DNA from: Mustelus asterias
Taxonomy: Eukaryota
Reading direction: 5' to 3'
NCBI RefSeq assembly: GCF_964213995.1
Contig: NC_135821.1
Coordinates: forward strand, 4,836,001-4,900,000
DNA length: 64,000 nucleotides
In this document: positions 47,409 through 64,000 of the stretch, piece after piece
Layout of the letters: every line of letters begins with the position of its first letter
Numbering within the stretch: the stretch's first letter is position 1
Position numbers and translations under genes: made by a program
The notes under the pieces: model-generated
Told to the model about the DNA's origin: nothing
Databases searched by the model: none
Seen by the model: the letters and a program-made list of their open reading frames with translations, nothing else

Positions 47409-49027
47409 AGAACATAGAAAAAAAACAGCACAATACAGGCCCTTCAGCCCACAAAGTTGTGCCGAACATGTCCCTACCTTAGTGATTACTAGGCTCACCT
47501 AAAAAACCCTCTATCTTACTAAGTTCCATGTACTTATCTAAAAGTCTCTTAAAAGACCCTATTGAATCCGCCTCCACCACCGTTGCTGGCAGCCCATTCC
47601 ACACATACACCACCCTCTGAGTGAAAAACTTACCCCTGACATCTCCTCTGTACCTACTCCCCAGCACCTTAAACCTGTGTCCTCTTGTGGCAACCATTTC
47701 AGCCCTAGGAAAAAGCCTCTGACTGTCCACTCGATCAATACCTCTCAACATCTTATACACCTCTATCAGGTCACCCCTCATCCTTCGTCTCTCCAAGGAG
47801 AAAAGGCCGAGCTCACTCAACCTATGCTCATAAGGCATGCCCCCCAACCCAGGCAACATCCTTGTAAATCTCCTCTGCACCCTTTCTATGGCTTCCACAT
47901 CCTTCCTGTAATGAGGCGACCAGAACTGAGCACAGTACTCCAAGTGGGGTCTGACCAGGGTCCTATAAAGCTGCAACATTATCTCACGACTCCTAAACTC
48001 AATTCCTCGATTGATGAAGGCCAGTACACCATAACGCCTTCTTAACCACAGCCTCAACCTGCACAGCTGCTTTGAGCGTCCTATGAACTCGGACCTCAAG
48101 ATCCTTCTGATCTTCCACTCTGCCAAGAGTCCTACCATTAATATTATATTCCGCCATCCTATTTGACCTGCCAAAATGAACCACCTCACACTTATCTGGG
48201 TTGAACTCCATCTGCCACTTCTCCGCCCACTCTTGCATCCTATCAATGTCTCGCTGCAACTTCTGACATCCCTCCACACTATCCACAACACCTCCAACCT
48301 TTGTGTCATCAGCAAACTTACCAACCCATCCCTCCACTTCCTCATCCAGGTCATTTATAAAGATCACAAAGAGTAAGGGTCCCAGAACAGATCCCTGGGG
48401 CACTCCACTGGTGACCGACCTCCATTCAGAATATGACCCATCTATAACCACTCTTTGCCTTCTGTGGGCAAGCCACTTCTGGATCCACAAAGCAATGTCC
48501 CCTTGGATCCCATGCCCCCTCACTTTCTCAATAAGCCTTGCATGGGGCACCTTATCAAATGCCTTGCTGAAGTCCATATACACTACATCTACTGCTTTTT
48601 CTTCATCAATGTGTTTTAGTCACATCCTCAAAAAATTCAACCAGGCTCGTAAGGCATGATCTGCCTTTGACAAAGCCATCTGACTATTCTTAATCATATT
48701 ATACCTCTCCAAATGTTCATAAATCCTGCCTCTCAGGATCTTTTCCATCAATTTACCAACCACTGAGGTTAGACTCACTAGTCTATAATTTCCAGGGCTA
48801 TCTCTACTCCCTTTCTTAAATAAAGGAACAACATCCGCAATCCTCCAATCCTCCGGAACCTCTCCCGTCTCCATTGATGATGCAAAGATCATCGCCAGAG
48901 GCTCAGCAACCTCCTCCCTCACCTCCCACAGTAGCCTGGGGTACATCTCATCCGGTCCCGGCGACTTATCTAACTTGATGCTTTTCAAAAGCTCCAACAC
49001 ATCCTCTTTCTTAATATCTACATGCTT
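47409..49027 (-). mobile_element. 5'-truncated CR1 LINE, convergent with the previous one
   Basis: RT ORF pieces 48620-49000, 47999-48583, 47479-48354; empty site at ~55095-55110 in the sister unit. Confidence 0.92.
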
Positions 49028-51447
49028 TAGATAAGGAGATCAAAACTGTTCACAGTATCCCAGGTATTTTGTAGATCTTTAGCAAGAAATCCCTGTTTTT
49101 ACACTCTATTCCCTTTGAAATAAAGGCCAATGTTCCATTTACCTTCCCTGTTACCTGCTGAACTTGCAGGCTAGCTTTTAGTGATTTTATGCACGAGGGC
49201 CCCCAAATCCCTCTGCTGGAGCTTTCTGCAGTCTTTCCCCATTTAAATAATACTCAGCTCCTTTATTCTTCCTACCAAAGTGCCTCACTTCACATTTTCC
49301 TGCTTTATATCCCATTCGCCAGGTTCACTCATCTGACCTGTCTGACACGCCTCAGTCTCTTTCAATCATTTGGCGTCAATAGTGTGAGAGTACAGTGTGG
49401 ACGTGTTTTGAACCAAATCCCCTGCCTTTACCCTCAACAGTTTCTTCAATGAATTTTTTAACGGGGATCCAATTGTGCTCCACTTCCATTTGTAAACTCG
49501 ATGCTGATTATATTGTGAACTCTGACCCTGAGAGAACGCTATCGGATTCAGTGTGAGGAAAGACAAAGAAACCAATCACAATGACATCACTGGCAAAGCC
49601 CCACAGAATGGATTATTAGGAAAATTGGATGCAGCCTTTGGACATTGTTGGGAATGGGTCGGGTCTCGAAGATGGAGTAGGGAGAATGGGCGCTCAGTCC
49701 AATTGGCTGGGTGGGTCTGGTCATCTTCCCCGGGATTGGCACAGGGTCCTCCACATTTCATTGTCTTTATAAATGACATAGATAAGCGAATAAAGAGCCA
49801 TATATTCAAATCTGCTGATGGCACTGGGGTGGGTGGCACAGTAAAAAGCACCAATGGGAGAGAGAAGCTGCAGCAGACATTGATAAAGCAAGGGTGAAAA
49901 ACAGTGTCAAAAAAAGTTCAATGTGAGGAAGTGTGAGGTCATTGACTCTGAATCAAGAAAGATGAATCCGAATGTTTGCTAAATGTTGAGCAGCTCAGAA
50001 CCCGTCTGGTTCACTAATGTTCTTTAGGGAAGGAAATCTGCCGTCCTTACCCGGTCTGGCCTACATGTGACTCCAGAGCCACAGCAATGTGGTTGACTCT
50101 CAACTGCCCTCTGAAATGGCCGGGCGAGACACTCAGTTCAAGGGTAAGTAGGATTGGGCAATAAATGCTGGCCCAGCCAGCGACGCACATGTCCCATTAG
50201 TGAATACAAAAAAGCTGTTTGGAAAGAGAGGGGTTTGGGGTTCATGTAGGAATAAAGAGCAGTGAGATTTAAAATTCATCGACTGAAGCCACTAAAATCT
50301 AATGGGCTGTCACAAAAACGAATTGAAATGACTATGGACAGCACGGTGGCACAGTGGTTAGCACTGCTGCCTCACAGCACCAGGGGCCTGGGTTCGATTC
50401 CCAGCTTGGGCCACTGTCTGCGTGGAGTTTGCACGTTCTCCCCGTGTCTGCGTGGGTTTCCTCTGGGTGCTCCGGTTTCCTCCCACAGTCCAAAGATGTG
50501 CAGATTAGGTTGATTGGTTATGCTAAATTGATGCTACTTCAAAGGTGATTAGCAGGGTAAATGTGTGGGGTTGTGGATATATGGCCTGGGTGGTATTATG
50601 GTCGGTACAAACTCGATGGACTGAATGGCCTCCTTCTGCACTGTAGGGATTCTATGACTAATGGAATTTTAGTCTTCACCTCAAGGAATATTAATGAGTG
50701 AAAGCTCTGCTCCAGTTGCGAGTTAGAGAACATCTAGAACATTCCTTTCTGATATATTGGCTGTGGAGGGACAGCTCAAATTCACCAGAATGATACCAGG
50801 GCTGAAGGGGTTAAACCATGAGGACAGTTTATGGAAATGAGTTGTGCAGTCCTTAAAACGTAAAAAAAAATAAGAATTTATTATAATTGAGCATTGGACA
50901 AAATAGATAGAGAGAAACTATTTCCTTTGGAGCAGTCGCTATAATCTTATTAAATGTTGGCCATTTAAGACTGACACTAAGAAGCTTTTCTTCACAAACC
51001 GGAACGTGGAAATCTAGACAAACCCTTCCTAAAACATTGGGAACAACTAAACATTTCAAAGCTGAGCTTGTTGGGTTTTGTTAGGTAAGGGGATGAAGAC
51101 ATATGGAACCAAAGTGGATGAATAAGATGCACATTCGCCATAATGTAATTGACTGATGGAACAGGTTTGAGGGGCTGAATGGCCTCCTCCTCTTCCTCTA
51201 TTCTCATCATAGAATAATCAACCAAACCTGCCTGCATTCCAGAGCTCTGATTGGTTCTGGGTATTGCACTCCACCCCCTCATTGGTACCTGGATTGATGG
51301 CTAATTCCTGATTGGCTATCAGAGATTGTCAAGCATCATTGGTGATGTCATTCCCAGTTTGAATGCAGGATGTCCCAGTGGTATAAATACAAGAGCTTGT
51401 GAGGGTAGAGGTCAGCTTGTTGTTGTGTGACTCTTATCCTCAGTGAG

Positions 51448-53621
51448 ATGGCTTCCCAAGTGTGTCAGAACTACCACAAGGACTGTGAGGATGCTGTTAA
51501 CAAGCAGATCAACCTGGAGCTCTATTCCTCCTATGTTTACCTCTCCATGGTGAGCTTTTGTGATTATTGGGTTTAAATTTAAAATAATGGTCTGGTTGTG
51601 CTCTGAGCAGGTGCAATATCTTTGCCAATGAATTTGGCTTTAAATGATAGTTGTTGCTGATAAATGTTATTGAGGGACAAGATCTTGTTAACAGACTGCT
51701 CCCTGTCTGCAATAACTTGACCTGATTCTGAAGAGTTTCCATTTGAAACAGGCTCCATGAAATTTCCAACAGAGGATTAACTTTAATGTCACAAAGCCAA
51801 TGTGCAGAGTGGACTGGGCCTCCAATCCCCTTGGTGGCTTCATCATTATTGGGAATAGAGGATTCATGAGGTGAATGAATCTGGTCAAATTATCCAACTT
51901 GGATGGGAGTAATTTAATTGGGTGACCACTTATGAATGTCCTCCCTCTATCATTCTAAATGGGTAAAATCTGTTGTGCTGAACATTTATTCCCCCAAGGC
52001 TAAAAAAATCTCCATGGTGGGGGAGAAGGAATGTCCCACTGTTGCATTAAACATGGCCTCGTGTTTGAAGCTAAACTTAAGCCCATTTTGAGTAAGCAAA
52101 TGATCTGTGGTTATTCTAAATTCCAAGTAGCCCATGAATGATCTGCTCTGACTCTCTCCCTGCAGTTCTGTTACTTTGACCGGGATGATGTTGCCCTGAG
52201 TCACTTTGCTGAGTTCTTCAAGGAGCAGTCACATGAGGAACGGGAACATGCTGAGAAACTGATGGTTTTCCAGAATAAACGTGGAGGCAGAGTCATCCTG
52301 GAGGATGTCAAGGTTGGATTCTGTTATCTTGATGCCACCTTGTATTTTGTAAATAGTTTAGTTTATTTTCCCACAGCATCATTTGGTTCTGACTGTCTGC
52401 CATGATTAAAACTGCTTGGTGTTGACCTGAGAATGGGTGCATGATTTGGTGTGGCTTTGATCTATGGATCAACCAGGGCTAGTGGCTAAAGGATCAATAA
52501 ATGTGGAGGCTCAAAAGAAATGGGGGTTCTGTGCTGTAAACTGATGGCTCAAACAAGAACTGGTTAAACTATCAGCAAACAATGTAGCTCTCTATGAATC
52601 ATAGAATCATAGAATCCCTACAGTGCAGAAGGAGGCCATTCGGCCCATCGAGTCTGCACCGACCACAATTCCACCCAGGCCCTACCCCCACATATTTTAC
52701 CCGCTAATCCCTCTAACCTACGCATCTCCGGAGTCTAAGGGGCAATTTTTAACCTGGCCAATCAACCTAACCCGCACATCTTTGGACTGTGGGAGGAAAC
52801 CGGAGCACCCGGAGGAAACCCACGCAGACACAAGGAGAATGTGCAAACTCCACACAGACAGTGACCCGAGCCAGGAATCGAACCCAGGACCCTGGAGCTG
52901 TGGAGCAGCAGTGCTAACCACTGTGCTACCGTGCCGCCAAGTAATTTGCAAAATGGGTTTTGATTCTTGATCCATCACTTGCATCAGTCCATCAACTGAA
53001 AGTGCCATGGATATGACCTAACAGAATCTATTTTGTCCCCTTTCAGAAGCCAGGGCAGGATGAGTGGAGCAATGGTCTGGAGGCCATGCAGAGAGCTCTG
53101 CAGATGGAGAAGAATGTGAACCAGAGTCTGCTGGATCTGCACCAACTCTCCTCTGGGAACACTGACCCTCATGTAAGTTGGATGTTATTGGAATCTGCCC
53201 TTCACGGTTGCAGTCTGAGCTTTTGGAGTTGCAGAGACCAGCCATGCCTTGGATCTGTCACTGGTTCCCATGACTTTTGAATTCTGGGAGTGAGTGCCTC
53301 AAGAAACAGTTTAATGGAATTGTGACTTGCTACTTGTGCACATAATCTAGAATTATCCGCATGTCATACTTTCTCCATCTACCCAGTGCAAGAAGAGGGT
53401 CACGTTCACCTGGGGAAAGATCTTCCATGTTTGAGTTAATAGTCACAAATTTCTCTCCTGTCTTTCCTTTCCAGCTGTGTGACTTCCTGGAGACTCACTA
53501 CTTGGATGAACAAGTGAAGATGATCAAGAAGCTTGGAGATCACATCATCAACCTGAAGAGACTGGGAGCCCCTGAGAAGGGTATGGGAGAGTACCTGTTT
53601 GACAGGCTCACCCTCAACTGA
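51448..53621 (+). CDS. Ferritin heavy/middle chain-like copy 8, 173 aa
   Basis: Exons 51448-51549, 52166-52312, 53047-53172, 53475-53621; intact, with E71V, E89G, K119Q, T153I and N163K relative to the array consensus; TATA 51382; AATAAA 53662. Confidence 0.94.
52598..52937 (-). mobile_element. V-SINE in intron 2 of copy 8
   Basis: Full-length with (ATTCTATG)n tail; absent from copy 9 intron 2. Confidence 0.85.
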
Positions 53622-54721
53622 CTGATATTTCCATTAGAACCCCAGTTTTGTTGCATTTGAAAATAAAACATTTTGTCTCTAACTCTGTAGCTGATTTCAT
53701 TATTTTGCAATATTTGATTCCTTTAAATCCCAATCCAGCTTCCGAAACGTGATCCAATTCCTGCCCAGGACCATTACACTGATTCAGAAACATGGGGGAT
53801 TTCTGAAACTGCATTTCTAATGCAATGTGGGTGGAATGCCATGCTACTGTGGCATTATATTGAATACAATGTCAAATCTTTTCCAGTGTGGTGAATCTCT
53901 GCTTCAGACTCACATCTGTCAAGAAAGGAAGACATCCCTAATTCTGATATCCTATACAGGACTGTCTCTTAACCCCCATATTGCTGATGGTAACTATTGA
54001 GCAGCAGGTTCACATTGCTTAACCTTGAGGGACTGACTGAATACAGAATTAGCTTGCCCAAATCTTCTACTTTCAAAGGAGTGACTTCTTTCCTCTCAAT
54101 CATGTTTGAAGCTGAAGTCAAAAGTAGGCTTGTATTAATACTGCAGTGAAGTTACTGTGAAAATTCCCATAGGGAGAATTTAGCACAGCCAATGCACCCT
54201 AACCAGCACATCTATTGGACTGTGGGAGGGAACTGGAGCACCCAGAGGAAACCTGTGCTGTATAGACTGATTAAAGCCCAAGCACCACCCCAATAAAGTC
54301 AGTTGGATGAGCAGAAATAGGCCATTTGGCCCATCAAGTCTGCTCTGCCAGCCAATAAGATGGCTGATATGATATTCCTCCATCACTTTCCTGCCTAATC
54401 GTCACCCTCAATTCATTTTGCCAATTACAAATCTCAGCCTTGAAGACATTGACCCAACATTAGTCGTAAAGAATTCCACAGATTCACTACCCGATGAGAA
54501 GATATTTCTTTTCATGTGTCTTAAGGGGTCACCTATTTATTCTGAGTCCTCTGGTCCTAGACTCTCCCACAAGGGGAAACAATCAGCATCTACTCTCTGA
54601 AATCCCCTGAGAATCTGACATGTCTCAGTAAGGTCACCTCTCATTCTTCTAAACTCCAGTGAGTATAAACCCCAAACCTACTCAACCTCTCATGAGAAAA
54701 TGCCTCCATAGCTGGGATCAA

Positions 54722-55045
54722 TCATAGAAACCCTACAGTGCAGAAGGAGGCCATTTGACCCATCGGGTCTGCACCGACCACGATCCCATCCAGGCCCTAA
54801 CCCAAAACCTCATGCATTTATCCTAGTTAGTCCCCCTGACACTAAGGGGCAATTTATCATGGCCAATCCACCTAACCTGCACATCTTTGGACAGTGGGAG
54901 GAAACCAGAGCACCCGGAGTAAACCCACACAGACACGGGGAGAATGTGCAAGCTCCACACAGGCAGTGACCCAAGCTTAGAATCGAACCTGGGTCCCTGG
55001 CACTGAGAGGCAGCAACGCTAACCACAATGCCACCATGCTGCCCC
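54722..55045 (-). mobile_element. V-SINE
   Basis: Reverse-complement head, core and tail. Confidence 0.8.
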
Positions 55046-55512
55046 AGTGAATCTCGAATTTAGTGAACCTTCTCTGTACTACCTCCAATGCCAGTATATC
55101 TTTCTTTAGATAAGGAGACCAAAATTGTTCACAGTATCCCAGGTGTTTTGTAGAGTTTTAGCAAAACATCCCTATTTTTATATTCCACTCTCTTTGAAAT
55201 AAAGGCCAATGATCCGTTTACCTGTTACCTGCTGAACTTAGATGCTCGTTTTTTGTGATTTATACACGATAATCCCCAAATCCCTCTGCTGGAGCTTTCT
55301 GCAGTCTTTCCCCATTTAAATAATACTCAGCTCCTTTATTCTTCCTAACAATGTCGATCACTTCACATTTTCCTACTTTAAATCCCATTCGCCAGGTTCA
55401 CTCATCAAACCTGTCTGACACGCCTCAGTCTCAATCATTTGTGGTCAATAGTGTGTGCATTCAGTGTGGACATGTTTTGAACCAAATCTCCTGCCTTTAC
55501 CCTCAACAGTTT

Positions 55513-58500
55513 AGAACATAGAACATAGAAAAAAATACAGCACAAACAGGCCCTTCGGCCCACAAGTTGCGCCGGTCATGTTCCTACCTACCGAGGCTTA
55601 TATATAGGCTTACCTATAACGCTCAATCCTATTAAGTCCCATGTACTCATCCAGAAGTCTCTTAAAAGACCCTATCGGGTTTGCCTCCACCACCACTGAC
55701 GGCAGCCGATTCCACTCACCCACCACCCTCTGAGTGAAATACTTACCCCTGACATCTCCTCTGTACCTACTCCCCAGCACCTTAAACCTGTGTCCTCTCA
55801 TAGCAGCCATTTCAGCCCTGGGAAAAAGCCTCCGAGAATCCACCCGATCGATACCTCTCAACATCTTGTACACCTATCAGGTCACCTCTCATCCTTCATC
55901 TCTCCAAGGAGAAAAGACCGAGCTCCCTCAACCTATCCTCATAAGGCATGCCAACCAATCCAGGCAACATCCTTGTAAATCTCCTCTGCACCCTTTCAAT
56001 AATTTCCACATTCCTCCTGTAATGAGGCGACCAGAACTGAGCACAGTACTCCAAGTGGGGTCTGACGAGGGTCTTATATAGCTGCATCATTATCTCCCGA
56101 CTCCTAAACTCAATCCCTCGATTGATGAAGGCCAGCACACCATACGCCTTCTTAACCACCTCCTCTACCTGCGAGGCCGATTTAAGAGTCCTATGGACCC
56201 GGACCCCAAGGTCCTTCTGATCCTCTATACTGCTAAGAGTCTTACCCTTGATATTATACTCCTTAGAACCATAGAACCACAGAAAATTACAGCTCAGAAA
56301 CAGGCCTTTTGGCCCTTCTTGTCTGTGCCGAACCATTTTATGCCTAGTCCCACTGACCTGCACTTGGACCATATCCCTCCACACCCCGCTCATCCATGAA
56401 CCCGTCCAAGTTTTTCTTAAATGTTAAAAGTGACCCCGCATTTACCACTTTATCCGGCAGCTCATTCCCCACACTCCCACCACTCTCTGCGTGAAGAAGC
56501 CCCCCCTAATATTCCCTTTAAACTTTTCTCCTTTCACCCTTAACCCATGCCCTCTGGTTTTTTTCTCCCCTAGCCTCAGCGGAAAAAGCCTGCTTGCATT
56601 CACTCTATCTATACCCATCAAAATCTTATACACCTCTATCAAATCTCCCCTCAATCTTCTACGCTCCAGGGAATAAAGTCCCAACCTATTCAATCTCTCT
56701 CTGTCCCGGCAACATCCTTGTGAACCTTCTCTGCACTCTTTCAATCTTATTTACATCCTTCCTGTAACTAGGTGACCAAAACTGTACACAATACTCCAAA
56801 TTCGGCCTCACCAATGCCTTATATAACCTTACCATAACACTCCAACTTTTATACTCGATACTCCGATTTATAAAGGCCAATGTACCAAAGGCACTCTTTA
56901 CGACCCTATCCACCTGTGACGTCACTTTTAGGGAATTCTGTACCTGTATTCCCAGATCCCTCTGTTCAACTGCACTCTTCAGAGTCCTACCATTTACCCT
57001 GTACGTTCTACTTTGATTTGTCCTTCCAAAGTGCAATATCTCACACTTGTCTGCGTTAAATTCCATTTGCCATTTTTCAGCCCATTTTTCTATTTGGTCC
57101 AAATCCCTCTGCAAGCTTTGAAAACCTTCCTCACTGTCCACTACACCTCCAATCTTTGTATCATCAGCAAACTTGCTGATCCAATTGACCACATTATCAT
57201 CCAGATCATTGATATAGATGACAAACAACAATGGACCCAACACCGATCCCTGCGGCACACCACTAGTCACAGGCCTCCACTCAGAGAAGCAATCCTCCAC
57301 AACCACTCTCTGGCTTCTTCCATTGAGCCAGTGTCTTATCCAATTTACTACCTCCCCATGTATACCTAGCGACTGAACCTTCCTAACTAACCTCCCATGA
57401 GGGACCTTGTCAAAGGCCTTGCTGAAATCCAGGTAGACAACATCCACCACCTTCCCTTCATCCACTTTCCTGGTAACCTCCTTGAAAAACTCTAATAGAT
57501 TGGTCAAACATAACCTACCACGCACAAAGCCATGCTGACTCTCCCTAATAAGTCCCTGTCTATCCAAATATTTGTAGATCCTATCCCGTATCACACCTTC
57601 CAATAACTTGCCCACCACCGACGTCAAACTTACTGGCCGATAATTTCCCGGATTTCTTTTGGAACCTTTTTTAAACAACGGAACAACATGAGCCACCCTC
57701 CAATCATCCGGCACCTCCCCCGTGAATACTGACATTTTAAATATGTCTGCCAGGGCCCCTGCAAGTTCAACACTAGCTTCCCTCAAGGTCCGTGGGAATA
57801 CCCTGTCCGGTCCTGGGGATTTATCCACTCTGATTTGCTTAACGTCTCCTTCATCCCATTGGATCTGCCAAAATGGACCACTACACTTTATCCGGGTTGA
57901 AGTCCATCTGCCACTTTTCCGCCCAGTCTTGCATCCTATCTGTGTCACGCTGCAGCTTCTGACATCCCTCCAACCTATCCACAATACCACCAACCTTCAT
58001 GTCGTCGGCAAACTTACCAACCCATCCCTCCACTTCCTCATCCAGGTCATTTATGAAAATGACAAACAGCAAGGGTCCCAGAACAGATCCCTGGGGCACT
58101 CCACTGGTGACCGACCTCCATTCAGAAAAAGACCACTCTCTGCCTTCTGCAGGCAAGCCAGTTCTGGATCCACAAGGCAACAGCCCCTTGGATCCCATGC
58201 CCTCTCACTTTCTCGAGAAGTCTTGCATGGGGGACCTTATTGAATGCCTTGCTGAAGTCCATGTAAACCACATCTACCACTTTTCCTTTGTCAATGTGTT
58301 TAGTCACATTTTCAAAGAACTCCACCAGGCTTGTAAGGCACGATTTGCCTTTGATAAAGCCGTGCTGACTACTTATGAGCATACTAAACGTCTCTAAATG
58401 TTCATAAATCCTGTCCCTCAGGATCTTCTCCATCAACTTACAACCACTGAGGTTAGACTCACCAGTCGGTAATTTCCTGGGCTATCCCTGTTCCCTTTCT

Positions 58501-60136
58501 TGAATATCGGAACCACATCCGCAATCCTCCAGAACCTCTCCCGTCTCCATCGACGATGCAAAGATCATCGCCAAAGGCTCTGCAATCTCTTCCCTCGCCT
58601 CCCACAGTAACCTGGGGTACATCCCATCTGGTCCCAGCGACTTATCTATCTTGATGCTATTCAAAATTTCCAACACATCCTCTTTCTTAATGTCTACATA
58701 CTCAATCTTTTCAGTCCGCCTCAATCCTGTAGTACAACCACCCAGGTCTTTTTCCACCATGAATACCGAGGTAAAATATTCATTAAGCACCTCTGCTATT
58801 TCTTCCGGTTCTGTACAGACTTTCTCACCTTCACATTTTATAGGTCCTATTCCTTCACATCTCATCCTTTTACTCTTCATATATTTATAGAACGCCTTAG
58901 GGTTCTCCTTAATCTTACGTGCCAAGGCCTTCTCGTGACCCCTTCTGGCTCTCCTAATTTCTTTCTTAAGTCCCTTCCTACAAGCCGTATAGTCATCTAG
59001 ATCCCTATCATCGCCTAGCTCTCTGAACCTTTTGTACGCTTTCCTTTTCTTTTTGACTAGGTTCAGCACGGCTTTCATGCACCATGGTTCCCGTAACCTG
59101 CCAAAACCTCCCTGTCTCATCGGAACGTTGTCATGCAGAACTCCAGACAAACATTCCTTGAAAAACTGCCACCTTACTTCGGTACTTTTCCTCGAGAATG
59201 CCTCCTTCCAATTTACGCCTCTAATCTCCTGCCTGATGGCTTCATATTTCCCCTTACTCCAGATAAACACTTTCCTAGCTTGCCTGATCCTATCTCTTTC
59301 CAATGCCAGCGTAAAGGAGATAGAGTTATGATCACTATCCCCAAGATGCTCCCCCACTGAGAGATCCGACACCTGTCCAGGCTCATTAGCCAGCACCAGA
59401 TCGAGTACAGCCTCTCCTCTTGTAGGCTTATCCACATGCTGTGTCAGGAAACCCTCCTGAACACACCTAACAAACTCCTCCCCATCCAAACCCCTTACCC
59501 AAGGGATATTCCAATCGATGTTTGGGAAATTAAAGTCTCCCATCACGACAACCCTGTTATTACTACATCTCTCCAGGATCTGTTTCCCTATCTGCTCCTC
59601 AACATCCCTGTTACTATTGGGTGGCCTGTAGAAAACACCCAGCAAAGTTATCGACCCCTTCCCGCTCCGAACTTCCACTCACAGAGACTCCGTAGACAAT
59701 CCCTCCACGGCTTCCACCTTCTCTACAACTGTGACACTATCCCTGATCAGCAGTGCCACTCCCCCCACTCTTTTGCCTCCCTTTCTGTCCTTTCTGAAAC
59801 ATCTGAAACCCGGCACCTGAAGTATCCGTCCTGTCCCTGTCCCCAAGTCTCCGTAATGGCCACCACATCACACTTCCAAGCATCGATCCACACTCTAAGC
59901 TCATCCACTTTATTCACTACACTCCTGGAGTTAAAGTAGACACATCTCAAACCTTTGGTCTGAGCTCTCCCCTTCTCCATCACCCGTCTATTCGCCCTCT
60001 TGCACTGTCTACAATCTTTCTCTATTTGCAGGCTAACCTCCTCACTCTCAGTCATCTCATCACGATTCCCTCCCCCCAACCTTTCGAGTTTAAAGTCTCC
60101 ACAGTAGCTTTAGCCAACCTTCCTGCCAGGATATTG
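55513..60136 (-). mobile_element. Long CR1 LINE with APE endonuclease and RT (disrupted)
   Basis: CVYFNSRS..AITETW, GVFYRPP, MGDFNFPNIDW, LDLVL and SDH endonuclease motifs (58482-60079), then RT pieces; (CTATGTT)n tail at 55513. Confidence 0.93.
56265..57845 (-). mobile_element. Young CR1 (subfamily B) nested in the long CR1
   Basis: Near-identical to 32663-34578; flanked by CTCCTT at 56259-56264 and 57846-57851. Confidence 0.9.
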
Positions 60137-61640
60137 AAGTTACTGCAATTAATTTATTAACGGGGATCCAATTGAGCTCCACTTCCATTTGCAAACTCGA
60201 TGCCGATTATATTGTGAACTCTGACCCTGAGAGAACGCTATCAGATTCAGTGTGAGGAAAGACAAAGAAACCAATCACAATGACATCACTGGCAAAGCTC
60301 CACAGAATGGATTATTAGGAAAATTGGATGCAGCCTTTGGATATTGTTGGGATTGGGTTGGGTCTAGAAGACGGAGAATGGGCGCTCAGTCCAATTGGCA
60401 GGATGGGTCTGGTCATCTCCCCTGGGATTGGCACAGGGTCCTCCACATTTCTTGTCTTTATAAATGACATAGATAAGCGAATAGAGAGCCATATATTCAA
60501 ATCTGCTGATGGCACTGGGGTGGGTGGCACAGTAAAAAGCACCAATGGGAAAGAGAAGCTGCAGCAGACATTGATAAAGCAAGGGTGAAAAACAGTGTCA
60601 AAAAAAGTTCAAAGAGAGGAAGTGTGAGGTCATTGACTCTGAATCAAGAAAGATGAATCCGAATGTTTGCTAAATGTTGAGGAGCTCGGAACCCGTCTGA
60701 TTCACTAATGCCCTTTAGGGAAGGAAATCTGCCGTCCTTACCCGGTCTGACCTACATGTGACTCCAGAGCCACAGCAATGTGGTTGACTCTCAACTGCCC
60801 TCTGAAATGGCTGAGCGAGACACTCAGTTCAAGGGTAACTTGGGATGGGCAATAAATGCCGGCCCAGCCAGCGATGCCCATGTCCCACGAATGAATCAAA
60901 AAAATCTGTGGAGGAAGAGAGGGGTTTGGAGTCCATGTAGGAATAAGGAGAAGTGAGATTTACAATTCATCGACAGAAGCCACTAAAATATAATGAGCTG
61001 TCACCAGAATGATACCAGGGCTGAAGGGGTTAAATCATGAGGACAGTGTATGTAGTTAAAAAATAAAAAAATAAGAATTTATTATAATTGAGGATTGGAC
61101 AAAGTAGATAGAGAGAAACTATTTCCTTTGGAACAGTCGCTATAATCTTATTAAATCTTGGCCATTTAAGACTGACACTAAGAAGCATTTCTTCACAAAC
61201 TGGAAAGTGGAAATCTAGACAATCTCTCCCTAAAACATTGGGAACAACTAAACATTTCAAAGCTGAGCTTGTTGGGTTTTGTTAGGTAAGGGGATGAAGA
61301 CATATGGAACTAAAGTGGATGAATAAGATGCACATTCGCCATAATATAATTGAATGATGGAACAGGTTTGAGGGGCTGAATGGCCTCCTCCACTTCCTCT
61401 ATTCTCATCATAGAATAATCAACCAAACCTGCCTGCATTCTGATTGGTTCTGGGTATTGCACTCCACTCCCTCATTGGTGTTTGGACTGATGGCAGAGTC
61501 CTGATTGGCTATCAGAGATTGTCAATCATCATTGGTGATGTCATTCCCAGTTTGACTGCAGGATGTCCCAGTGGTATAAATACAAGAGCTTGTGAGGGTA
61601 GAGGTCAGCTTGTTGTTGTGTGACCCTTATCCTCAGTGAG

Positions 61641-63860
<2,220 letters not shown>

Positions 63861-64000
63861 CTGGGTTTCTAATGGGAATATCAATTTTGTTGCATTTGAA
63901 AATAAAACATTGTCTCTGTAATTCTGTAGCTGATTTCATTATTTTCCACCCTAACCAGCACATCTTTTGGACTGTGGGAGGGAACCAGAACACCCAGAGG

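Overview
Vertebrate genomic DNA, very likely an elasmobranch (shark), judged from HE1/V-SINE, DeuSINE-like, CR1 and Penelope repeats. The window is a head-to-tail tandem array of 4-exon ferritin heavy/middle-chain-like genes, all on the + strand. It holds the 3' end of one copy (copy 0) and nine further loci with ATGs at 3705, 10056, 15336, 23735, 29621, 37665, 41953, 51448 and 61641. Six copies encode intact 173-aa proteins with all H-type ferroxidase residues. Copy 3 is a pseudogene (nonsense codon, exon 3 lost). Copy 5 carries an in-frame exon1-exon3 fusion predicting an 88-aa half-ferritin. Copy 6 has lost its intron-1 GT donor but has an in-frame cryptic donor 9 nt downstream. Exons are almost identical between copies while introns and spacers fall into divergent, mosaic families, which points to gene conversion. 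No canonical iron-responsive element is visible in the short 5' UTRs. Spacers and introns carry CR1, Tx1, Rex1 and Penelope retroelements (several nested, with TSDs and matching empty sites in sister units), Penelope-type minimal hammerhead ribozyme motifs, a perfect 42-bp hairpin, and an ~815-bp inverted duplication inside one ferritin promoter. Most short ORFs in the supplied track are spurious readings of repeats or of antisense ferritin exons. Residue numbers below follow mature human FTH1; all alignments were done by eye.
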